Source: Eledone cirrhosa
Taxonomy: Eukaryota
DNA length: 64,000 bases
NCBI GenBank assembly: GCA_964016885.1
Contig: OZ024742.1
Coordinates: forward strand, 147,808,001 to 147,872,000
Reading direction: 5' to 3'
How positions within the stretch are numbered: the first letter of the stretch is position 1; every line of letters begins with the position of its first letter. Under the pieces are notes generated by a model. That model did no database searches. It saw nothing but the letters and a program-made list of their open reading frames with translations, and was not told the origin of the DNA. Position numbers and translations under genes: made by a program. Positions 1 to 12,659 of the stretch are shown here, piece after piece.

Positions 1-197
1 GGACCTCTCCGAACTCTCACGTCCGCAGGTGGTCGGCCTTCGCCGATGGAACCGTGACTGGCTTGCTATCTCCAGTGACCTAGCCTGGGACTGTCGTACA
101 TGGGCTGCAATGGTTCGGGATGCCGTCAGGACAAGGGAAGAAGCTGGCTCAACCCGTCCAGAGTGAATGTCGACACAAGTACAAGTACAAGTAAGTA
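1..197 (+). mobile_element. 3' end of an RTE-type LINE with (CAAGTA)n tail
   Basis: Reads ...RRWNRDWLAISSDLAWDCRTWAAMVRDAV...; ends in CAAGTACAAGTACAAGTAAGTA tandem tail; truncated by window edge. Confidence 0.65.
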
Positions 198-438
198 CTC
201 CTAATTTTCAAGGTTCATTTATTCCAAGCAAACACAGGGTTTTCATTAAGTGGCTGTATGAACATGCTCTGGATTCAGATGGTTCAAGATGTTTGGTGTC
301 TTGTAAAAGCTGTAATTAAAGTTTCCGATGTGTTCTTAAGTTGACAAAATAACAGACATGAGAAAAAGAATAATTTGTTTAGAATGGGACATCTTGTCAT
401 TCACTCATACTGTTCATAATACTTGGAATCAAAATAAT

Positions 439-653
439 TGTTTCTACTTTAGGAAAAGGCCAGCAATTTGAAGGAGAGGGGAAAGTAGATTAAATCTACC
501 CCAGTGCATTACTGGTACTTTATTTTATTGACCCTGTAAGGACGAAAGGCAAAACTAACCTCGGTCGGATTTGAACTCAGAACGTAAAGGACCGTAACTC
601 TATGCTGAAAAGCATGGTGTCCAATGCTCTACTGATACTGCCAATCCACTGCC
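439..653 (-). mobile_element. tRNA-derived SINE with Meta-type central domain
   Basis: Reverse complement contains GAGTTCAAATCC B-box and GCCTTTCGTCCTTACAGGGTCAATAAAATAAAGTACCAG; 17-bp target-site duplication CTTGGAATCAAAATAAT at 422-438 and 654-670. Confidence 0.8.
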
Positions 654-3602
654 CTTGGAATCAAAATAATACTAACATTCCTTGCTGCCCACTTTAGTTT
701 TGATTTTCAGTTAAAGCTTCAGTTTCTCTCTTCTGAAAATGATAATATTCTTCTCTTTGAAGCTTCTTGTTGCAAAAGATTGGGAAAGTAGAGAGGAAAC
801 TGAGCTAATTAACTCTTTTGCCATCATGTGGGTGAATGAAAACATGAAAAATGTTACTGGGATATACTTTTTTTAAATGAATCAAAACTTTATTCTAACA
901 AAAAGAAAAAAAAATAGGTGCGAGTTTACTTTTTTACATAAATTTAAAAGCATTGGAATGAATACATGGATGAAAACCTTACTCTTTTAATCACAAAAAA
1001 ATATACTTTTCCGACTACTCCTCTTTGCCCCAAGAGTGAACTGGTCAAGAAGAAAATTCTGGGTAGTGGTCACATGACTGAATCCAAGTCTTAAAACAGT
1101 AAAAAAAAGGAACTTTTCATGTGATATTAGGATCACCAAACGTTTCATATATATTCTACAGTACTAAATAATGATACAAAATAAACCAGAATCAGCAATG
1201 ATTCTAAATCTGTTCAAAAATGCAAGTTTTTGATCTCAGCCACATGGGGCAATAAAAACATCTGTAAAGTGATTGGTGAAATGAAAGGCATCCGGTCATA
1301 GAAAACATGCCAAACAAAGGGTCAGGAGAACTCTTTTGCTAATCTGCCTAGCCTAGTGTTGGTGATTTACATGATAAATGTACACAGTACACTTTATAAA
1401 GTGATAAGGAGGGCATGCAGCTGTATAACACTTGTCAAACAAAGGGCTGGGAGGACTCTTCCGTTATATTAAAAACATGACAACCCCACATTGTGCTTGT
1501 GTTGAGATAAAATGCACTTGGTAGTGCATGGGATCATATGTAAGTGAGAAGCAGGCTCCCAATCCACCATGGGGTTAATACCTCCACTTTGAGTACTAAT
1601 CCAGTCTGCTGATGACCAGTCCAATCCCTGCTTGCAAGGAACATGTATGATGATGTATGTGTGTGTATATATGTATATATATATGTATGTGTGTACACCT
1701 ATCCTTTGCTATGAGAAAATCCAAACAATCTTTCATCATTTTAAACAATTCATCTGTGTTAGTCCATTACCTTAGCAATCAGTTCAACATAACATCAACC
1801 AGCAACTGGCTCACTGGCAAGAGAGTAAAAGCAAAGAGGACAGATATAGGATGTTACTAGAAATCTCTAATTGGCTCTCTACACAGTAGCAACCTGTGGG
1901 CAATTCCGCTGTATGTATCCTCCAATGGTAATAAAGAAAGTATTTCTAAACATAGAACTGCTTTTTCCAATCTAGCGTGAGGTCGAGAAAAGAAACCCTA
2001 AATATTGCTTGCTTATATCTCAAACTCGGTAACCTGCTGCAGCTGTCTGGTTATCTAGTAATGCAGTTCCAGGAATAGAAACAAGAAACTTAATCTCAGA
2101 TCTTGGGATGTGCTCACACTCCAAGACAGTGACTCTGTACCAGAATGCAAAATGGCACTCATCTCACTTGCATTGCATAATTATAACATTGACATCGCTG
2201 CAACAATACTTGTTGTCCATTATAGTTGAGGTGTATTTCTGTTACTGACACTGTGATGCGTTTGTGGTCAAGACACAGGGTAGGGTCTGGCATCTGAAAT
2301 GTAGTGATTTGGAAAACTTTGATTGTATGAGATTATCAAATGCAATCCATAGACAAAACTCGTTCTAGTGCTCCTTGAAATTTAAAAAACAAAAAATAAG
2401 GGGTTAACTTAAATGAGATTAGTTGATCAAAATTTTTGGACAATACAGACTGGAGCTGATCTGGTCTTTAAAGTAACAGATATGTTTCAGTCTTATTAGA
2501 CCTTTACAGCAAAGCATATTCTGATCAATATATAGAAATAGAGGACATGTAGTGATGCTGATTATGAATATCAATAATATGGCAGAGGGGTGTTCTACAT
2601 ACTAAGCAAAAATACGATAGTGTCTCACATATAATATAATGATTTGAAAAAACTTCGATCAACTGAAAATATCTAAATAATTAGTAGTTAAAAACTCTCA
2701 TTGGCGGTGTTTAACCCTTTTGATACCAACCCACTCCCTCAACCCAGCTTTGGTTTTAAAATACAAAACTCTTTGTTTTAAAGTGTTTATATTTACCACC
2801 ATTTTATGTAACAATATTTGTTAAGTTATGATCCAAACACCAGCTTAAGAAAGAGGAGATTAGTTATATAATAAAATACTTGATTATTTTCAAAATTATT
2901 TGAAAATAATAGGCAGTTAAAATCTAAAACAGCAATGTGTTCTGTTCCTATACAAGACAGTAGAATTTGGGTTGAGGAAAATTTGGCTGCTATTTCTAGC
3001 AGGTTGATCTTACTGCTAAGGAGATTGATTTTTTTTTTTAAGGATTGGCAGGAATGTCTATAGATTAATGAAACATGTCCTCTGAATATTTGTTAAAATA
3101 TATTTGTCACTTGTAAGTGTTTTTTAGGAGTGGATTTAAATAGTAAAGGATTGCTATAAATACGCTCAACATCATTCTTATAATTACTATTGTTATTTTA
3201 TGTCCTCTACAGGCTTGTTTGGATAGTTTTTTTTTGGCCTGAATCAATTTATATTCAGAGTTATTGCCCTCTTAGACAGCCCAGAGGTCCATGTCTTCCT
3301 TGTATGTGACATTTTTGGGATCATTTCTATGGCTAGATGCCTTTCCTAACTTCAACCCCTTTACAATGTGTACTGGGTGTAGTGACTGTGACATCAACTC
3401 TGTAAAATTAAATGTAACACAATCGTAAATAAACAGATAAATTGTGATTTAAAAAAATATTACTTGATGAAATATTTGTGTAATAAGCATAGATTCTATC
3501 TCAATGTAGCTTGAAGTTGACCAATGCCTTGTGAGAAAATTTAGTAGCTGGAAACTGTGTGGAAGCCCTGCATGTAAATATACATACACACATCTCTCCC
3601 AC

Positions 3603-3672
<70 letters not shown>

Positions 3673-3753
3673 ACGAAGGAAATGTGGTAAGGAACCAGGT
3701 GGACCATAACGCACCAAAGTACTCAATACTTAGGGTAGTAGAGTGGGTAATAG

Positions 3754-3872
3754 GAACAAGTAAGACCCCGACGGCTGAGCTCAAGCCGTTTCGACGGCTA
3801 ATTCTGTACTCAATTAGTACAGAATTAGGCGTCAAAACGGCTTGAGCTCAGCCGTCGGGGTCTTACTTGTTC
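3754..3872. repeat. Near-perfect 119-bp fold-back palindrome inside a (TC)n/(TA)n tract
   Basis: Arms GAACAAGTAAGACCCCGACGGCTGAGCTCAAGCCGTTT...CTAATTCTGTACT and AGTACAGAATTAG...AAACGGCTTGAGCTCAGCCGTCGGGGTCTTACTTGTTC; 5-nt loop CAATT; two mismatches. Confidence 0.9.
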
Positions 3873-4350
<478 letters not shown>

Positions 4351-4512
4351 AAAAAAAAATGAAATGAAATGAATATATATATATATATATATATATGCAA
4401 AAGTTCTATTTAAATTGTTGGGATACAACAAGTAAATATTTTTATAACTGATATAAAGCACTCGACAAGTATTTGGAGTAGATATACGATATTAACAAAT
4501 GCCTCTTGTATA

Positions 4513-6256
4513 ATGCATGAACTAGACATTGAAAATAAAACACAACCCTTCATGCCAAGGAAACCTAAGATTAATATGAAGGATCATAAAAGAAACTTTG
4601 AAAATGATTTACCAGTCAGATTAATTGCACCATCTAAATCTGACCTGGGCAGACTTAGCAAAAATATTCTAGACAGAATAATACAACAAATTAAGAATTT
4701 ACCTAATTTATCTTACTTAAAATTATGGAAAGGGACTAGTGAGGTTATCGATTGGTTTAAAGAAATTAAATATAACTATAATAATAAGTTTATTCAGTTG
4801 GATATTGCTAACTACTACTCATCTATCACTCAAAATCTACTGAATAAGGCACTAACTTACGCATTTAAACATACAGACCTAACTAGCAATGAAATGCACA
4901 TTATATTATCGGCACGGAAAACATTAATAGAATTTAATAACCAACTCTGGACTAGGGCAGATAGAAATAATAATTTCGACATAACTATGGGATCTTCAGA
5001 CTCAGCTCAGGTAACGGACCTTGTGGGCCTATTTATAATTAATTCTCTACATAGAAAAATACCAGGTGTAACCGGAGGCTTATATCGTGACGACATGCTT
5101 TTACTTATAGAAAATAATAGCTGTGAACTAAATAGAAAAAGAAAACAAATTATACAATTTTTTAATTACCTTAATCTAAAAGTAGAAATAGAGAATAACC
5201 ATAAAATAGTCAATTTTCTAGATGCAACACTAAATCTCAACACATGTCTTCATTATCGATTTCACAAACTAAATGAGAACTTAAATTATGTCAATTTTAA
5301 CTCTAATCACCCCAGATCCGTTAAAAATACTATAGTGAACTCTGTTCAAGAACGAATTTCAAGAATTTCATCTAATAAGAATATATTTGATGAAAAAGCG
5401 CATTATTACAACGAAGCGTTAGGTAGAGCTGGGTATAGAAATAAAATTAAATACATCGATAATAATAATAATAAATAAACTAACCAAAATAATAACAACT
5501 TTAATTATGGTAACAATTTTAACAACTATAATAGAAAACATTACAATAATTCCGAAAGCCGAAAAAGAAATAGAACTAGGAATATATTATGGTTCGCTCC
5601 TCCTTTCTCACTAAATATTAAAACCCCTATTGCTAAACTATTCTTTAAAGCTCTTGACAAAGGCTTCCCTAGAACACATAGATATTACTCAATTTTTAAT
5701 AGACATACTATAAAATTAACTTACTCTTCCACCAAAAATTTAGCGCAAAATATTAATAGAATTAATAATAGAAATTTAAAACCTAACCAAAATACCAATA
5801 ATAACCCAAGTAATATTCAATCGAATAATTGTAACTAGAAATAAATCCAACTGTCCGTTAAATAACAACTGCTTAGCTAAAAATGTAGTTTATAATTGTA
5901 ATGTTAAAACTAATTTAAATTCATTTAATTATGTCGGTTCTACCTCTACAGAATTTAAATCCCGCTTCAATAATCATAAAAATTCTTTTACAGATCCAAA
6001 CAAAAAATCTTCAACTTCGCTATCTAGCCTATTATGGGACCTAAAACGAGATAATGTTGAATATTCGCTGATTTGGAATATTATTTCAAAAGCTACTCCT
6101 TTTAATTCCTCTTCAGAAAATTGTGATCTTTGTATAGAGGAAATATTCTTTATATTAAAGACCAAAAATTCCCTTAATTTAAGGAATAATTTATTCAGTT
6201 GCTGCAGACATAGATTGAACTCAACGTTTAAATATAAATATAAATTTAAAATGTAG
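4513..6256 (+). pseudogene. PLE reverse transcriptase + GIY-YIG endonuclease (disrupted)
   Basis: Motifs RLIAPSKSDLG, QLDIANYYSSI, MGSSDSAQ, LYRDD; in-frame TAA at 5476-5478; 2-nt frameshift at ~5836 in CN(C)RNKSNCPLNNNC; then VVY...YVGST...FKSRFNNH and CDLC..EE; stop TAG at 6254-6256. Confidence 0.85.
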
Positions 6257-6403
6257 TATAATTAATTAAGTAATTTGGTTAATATATGAAACCTGTCGAT
6301 AAATCATTAGATTCCTTCACCTTTTTCATTTTCTTTGGTTAAATACTCAAGTATAAATTTTCTTCCTAAATATAAATATAAATATAATAAACTACTCTAG
6401 AAA

Positions 6404-6790
6404 TGTTTATCCTTTCAATATCTTAAATAAAATATACTTAAGATAAATTTCTATACTAAATATATTAAACATATTATTTTAGCTTAAAATATTCTATAAT
6501 ATTTTAAAATATTTTAATATTTTGATATCTGTAGAATCCTTGTTTTTTAAGTTATATTGATATAATATTTTATTTATTTTTTATTAGGTTTGTTTTTATT
6601 CTGATAGCTTCTCATAATTTTCAAAAGTTTATCCTTTCAATATCTTGATTAAAATATACGTAAGATAAATTTCTATACTAAATCTATTAAACATATTATT
6701 TTAACTTAAGATATTCTATAATATTTTAAAATATTTTAATATTTTGAAATTTGTAGAATTCGTTTGTCTTTTAAGTTATATTGATATAAT
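6404..6790 (+). repeat. ~165-bp direct duplication in PLE1 3' UTR
   Basis: GTTTATCCTTTCAATATCTT...AAGTTATATTGATATAAT at ~6404-6567 and ~6627-6790. Confidence 0.8.
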
Positions 6791-7798
6791 TATATTTCCA
6801 AAATATAATCCTTTTGTATTTTATATACTCAATTGTACTATGTAATATATTGATGTACTTATCTCTATACGACTATGTATCTATATATGTGTATTGACAT
6901 ACATATACATGTGTTATATGCTTTTTTGTGATTATATGTCTGTCTGTATATATGCATGAGTGACGTGTGTCTACCAATTGGGTGAAGATGCACACACATA
7001 TTTATATATGTATAGCTAGGAATTGTGTGTGTACATGTACATGCTTACCCATGCAGTTTTGATTGCAGATATGCATAATTTTAACAGCCATAAATGCATG
7101 AAAGTTAATCCTATATATTTATATATATATACTAACATTTTTTATTTAATAACACAAGGAATGTATAGCAGTAATAAAAAAAATCACTTATGCTTTGTAT
7201 GTATATATTATATGCGGGAGTAGATATAATGTGTATTTTCTGAATGTGTGTGTATATATATATTTATGTATCTTTGCCTATATGTACGTGCTATACGATA
7301 GGTAATTTCTCTAGCAATATATATATTTTGTGATGTTTAAATTCCAATTTTTAATATATTGATCTCAATTTTTAAACTAAATATCTAATCATAATTAAAC
7401 AATGATTAATTTCTCATATTATATACATATATTCCATTCATGAATATTAATATTTCTAATTTTATTTATTCATTTCATCTCAATTGTTAACTCAACTTAA
7501 TATGACATGACTTAAGGTTTTCGTTCTCTCCCCCTCTCTCTATCTCTATATTTCTCTCTCTTGAGTTTTTTCTCTCTGTCTGGTGGTTTGATATCTCTCT
7601 GTTGTTTTCCTGTTTTCTTTTTTTCTTTTTTCTTTCCTCTTTTTCTTTATTTATCTCTCCCTTTCTTTTCTCCACGTTTCTCTCTCTCTCTCCGTCTTTT
7701 TACTTATCCTTAACACTACGATTTACTAAAATAAACAAACCACTATCCTGATGTCTTCCAAAAGTAACGGTCGCATTTTGAAAGGGTACGTCAATGTT

Positions 7799-7905
7799 TA
7801 TTTATAAAACTGGTATATATTGTATTTTGTCTGATGAAGGCATACCATAATTTAACTTGGTATCTTTGAAATATGTATAATGAAATAAATATGGTTTTAT
7901 AAATA
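7799..7905 (+). ncRNA. Minimal type I hammerhead ribozyme (PLE1 pLTR)
   Basis: Helix I TATTTTGT/ATGAAATA, extended by TATTTATAAAAC/GTTTTATAAATA; CTGATGA at 7831-7837; helix II AGGCATACCA/TGGTATCTTT; GAAA at 7868-7871; T-ATGT-A minimal helix III, then TA (AUA cleavage triplet). Confidence 0.75.
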
Positions 7906-8067
7906 TAGTTTCCATTTGTTAATATCGTATATATATATATATATATCTCATTATCATCACTTGCTTTTTAAGTACAGTATCTTCACATGTGTTTATGTAA
8001 ATTGTAAACAAATATCACCACTTTCAATGTCAAATGGAAAGTGACAGAGACAAACACAAAGGCACAC

Positions 8068-8120
<53 letters not shown>

Positions 8121-8123
<3 letters not shown>

Positions 8124-10207
8124 TCATCATCATCATCATCATCGTTTAACATCCATCTTCCACGTTAGCATGGGTTTGGACGGGAATTTTCCCACTTGAG
8201 GCAAGATTGGTTTTCTACGGCTGGATGCCCTTCCTAACACCAACCACGTTTACAGTGTGGACTGGGAGGTTTTTAGCGTGTTACCTACACGGCCAGATTA
8301 CAGCATGGACTGTGTGTTTCTTTTTGTCGTGACCCCTACACGACCTCATTTGTTTTGGACTGGATGTTGTGGTACCAACATAACTTTACATTGAAAGGGG
8401 TGGTGTTGATGGAGTGGGGGTAGTGGGACGGGGGTGTATTTTTGTTAGAGGTGCCTACTGACTGTAGTAGGTTTCACTTTGTACTTAGGCAAGGTGGGTC
8501 TTCTGTATTACTGTGTAGCGCCAAAGATCTCGGTCCAGTGACATTGTCTTGGAGAGGTGTAAGTGTGTGAGGTCGGAATTTATCAGGTCGTCCCAGGTTT
8601 TTCTGGGTCTGCCTACTCCGTGGCTACCGTCTATTTTTATTGCCCTGCACTTTTATATATAGCTGTCGTCTTTCATGCGCATCACGTGACCGTACCAACG
8701 TAGTCTTCTCTCGAGTAAACAACATCTGATCCCTCTTATTTCTAATTTTTCCCTTAGTTCGTTTATGCTTTGCCGTTCACGTATATTACTATTACACATC
8801 CAGCGGAGCATGCAAGTTTCGTTCCTCTCCAGTCTGCGTATATCCTCTGCACACAATGCCCATGTCTCACTGCCATGTAACATTGCTGTTCGTCTGCAGG
8901 CATCATACAGCCTGCCTTTCATTTTTAGAGAGAACCCTTTAGTGGCTAATAGTGGTATAAGCTCTCAGAACTTTTTCCATCCAGTTCTGACTCTAGCTAC
9001 TGTACTTTCAGAGCACCCTCCACCACTGCTGATTTTGTCACCCAAGTAACGGAAGGTGTCCACTATTTCTATAGAACCATCTGTGCAATGGAATGAGCTA
9101 GTATTCAGTGGGCACTTGCTCCTACTTATTGCACCAGAGCACCGGCCACATATAAAATCTATATTCTTAGTTAGCTTACCTGTGATCCCACTACATCTTT
9201 TATGCACCCATACTTTGCATTTGGGACATAAAATGGAGTTTCTGCCTACTCCTTTCCTACACACTGAGCATGGCCATTTCCCGGATGGGACCGGTGCCCT
9301 ATTTTTCTTCCTACAAACTAGAACTTTAGTCTTAGACAGGTTAATTTTAAGGCCTTTTGATTCTAGGCCATGCTTCCATGTTTGGAATTTCTTCTCTAGT
9401 TCAGTCATTGATTCAGCTATGAGCATTAGATCATCTGCGTATAGGAGTTCCCATGGGCAGCCGGTCTTGAACTCCTCTGTTATAGCCTGAAGGGCAATAA
9501 TAAATAGTAGGGGGCTAAGAACGGAGCCCTGATGAACACCAACTTTTACACTAAACTCTTCACTATATTCGTTGTTAATTCTAACCTTGCTGACTGTTTC
9601 TTTATACATGGCTTGTATAGCTCTCACAAGCCATTCGTCAACACCTAGTTTTCTAAGAGCCCACCAGATAATGGAACGGGGGACTCTGTCAAAGGCTTTC
9701 TCCAAGTCGACAAAAGCTAAGTATAGGGGTTTACTTTTAGCTAGGTACTTCTCCTGTAGTTGTCGTACAATGAAAAGAACGTCTGTGGTACTTTTACCTG
9801 ACACAAACCCGAACTGCATTTCATCTAGATCAATTCGCTCTCTGATTAGTTGCACTATTACTTTTTCTGTGACCTTCATGACCTGGTTGATTAATTTAAT
9901 GCTCTATAGTTACCCCTATCTAGAGCATCTCCTTTACCCTTGTAGTAGTTAATGATGATGCTGCTACGCCAGTCCTTCGGAACAACCACATTCTGTATGA
10001 CTTAGTTTACTATCCGGGTGACCATAGTGTGTCCCACCATTCCAGAAGCTTTCAGCATTTCAGCAACTATTTCTGAAGGCCCAGCCATCTTACCCGTCTT
10101 CATATCTTTGATTGCCTTACTTATTATACTACCTTCGACTAACACTGCTGGTCCCTCTATTGGATCGATGTGGGGCAGACTGTCTTTCTCCCATTTATTC
10201 TCCTCAT
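8121..10207 (-). mobile_element. 5'-truncated RTE LINE (RT + PHD-like finger), same subfamily as 56917-59680
   Basis: ORFs 10002-10253, 8965-9879 and 8653-8922 (AFVDLEKAFD, HQGSVLSP, YADD) nearly identical to the 56906-59299 proteins; 3' UTR ends in (GAT)n tail at 8121. Confidence 0.92.
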
Positions 10208-10208
10208 C

Positions 10209-10239
<31 letters not shown>

Positions 10240-10706
10240 TTGTTTAAAAGCAAGTGTTATTGTGTCTAAAAAAAATCTTATCCCACTCATGCCAGCATGT
10301 AATAAAGAAACAGACACAAAGCTGATGATAACAATGATATGGACATTTTCTTGTAAAATGGTAGTGCTGGTGTCACAATAAAATACACTCAGTATACACT
10401 TTAATGGAGCAGTGATGGTGTCTTGATAAAATACAACCTGTACATTTAGTAAAGTGATTGGCATTAAGAAGGTCATCCAGCCATAGAAACCATAGCAAAA
10501 ATGGAATGTATGAGCAAGGCATGGTTCACTGACCTTTCTTATCTTGAATTTGGATGACCTGTTGAACCCTTTCCTGCATGAAAAACAAATGTAAAACAAT
10601 GATGATGGTGTTGTTGATTATAATGATAATGATTCTTTATATTTTTTATTTATTGTAGATTTTTCAGTCAGTAATGTAAACTCCAAAACTATTTCAATGG
10701 TGAATC

Positions 10707-10815
10707 ATGGCTGCCTCACAATCTGGCAAGGAATTCTGTAAGCTGCCACCAGGAACAAAACCATTAGATCATCAGGTAGCAGGACATGTTAGGAATCAAG
10801 TAAACAATGTGTTTA
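10707..10815 (+). CDS. IPMK: Inositol polyphosphate multikinase, coding exon 1
   Basis: MAASQ...PLDHQVAGH (conserved IPK N-terminal QVAGH motif); donor A|GTAAGT, phase 1; likely acceptor TTGTAG ending at 10658 implies an upstream UTR exon. Confidence 0.85.
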
Positions 10816-11129
10816 GTAAGTTTATTATTTTTATTTTCTGCAGTCATTTTGATGCCAAACTGCCTGAAACCATCCCTGGGTCTATGATATGAAACTTTAT
10901 TTTTGTAATTTTTTTGCAAGATTCTCGCAAGATTTCCTCAAATCAAATTCTATTGTCTTGTATAAGAACGGAACACATTTGTTGAAACATTGTTTTACTT
11001 TGGGAGTGTCATGCTGCTAATGAAAACTTGGAGTAAAGTTGTAGTCAAGACAGAGGAAACAGAGAAGGCAAAAAGTCATTGATAAGGTCACAGACTGTGA
11101 TGAAAGGGCTTTGATAATTAAGTAATTAT

Positions 11130-11310
11130 TGGATTGGTTAATAAACCAACTGATGGATGGATTAATTACCTAACATGCCTTCCAGGGGTTCCTATTTGAA
11201 GCAACTATCTCTAAATGATCCAGCTGAATCCCCAAATAAGACCAACTAAGCTTATGGATGTCATCCAAACATCTTGCTCATGGCTTTGCCCATAACATCT
11301 GTCCAGCGGT
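11130..11310 (-). mobile_element. Degenerate RTE LINE C-terminal fragment
   Basis: Minus-strand reading ARCLDDIHKLSWSYLGIQLDHLEIVASNRNPW resembles RTE C-termini. Confidence 0.45.
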
Positions 11311-12441
<1,131 letters not shown>

Positions 12442-12659
12442 AGATAAATCTACCAAGAGTTTACGGTAGTGTCCAATCCGTATGAAGAACTCAATGTATT
12501 CCGGATATCATGGAAAGAAGAGATGTAATGAAAATCCAATTTCGGTGAAAGATAAACGGTATACAGAGTCAAGATAAAATATTAAACAAATAATGAACAA
12601 ACAATTCCTTATATTAAACAAAAAAAGTTCACTATTTAACGATCGTTTCTAGGGTATAT

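Larger units (their letters stand above)
4397..7932 (+). mobile_element. Penelope-like retroelement 1 (Naiad-like), 5'-truncated with inverted pLTR piece, inserted in (TA)n
   Basis: RT followed by GIY-YIG; flanked on both sides by (TA)n; 4482-4501 is the reverse complement of 7913-7932; hammerhead near 3' end. Confidence 0.85.

Noticed and set aside
1600-1650. CTGATGA as a hammerhead core
   Set aside because: No downstream helix II, GAAA or helix I pairing
5830-5845. Selenocysteine recoding in the PLE ORFs (reported for some Naiad elements)
   Set aside because: PLE2 has no in-frame TGA; PLE1 lesions are a TAA and a 2-nt deletion, and the lost codon cannot be determined
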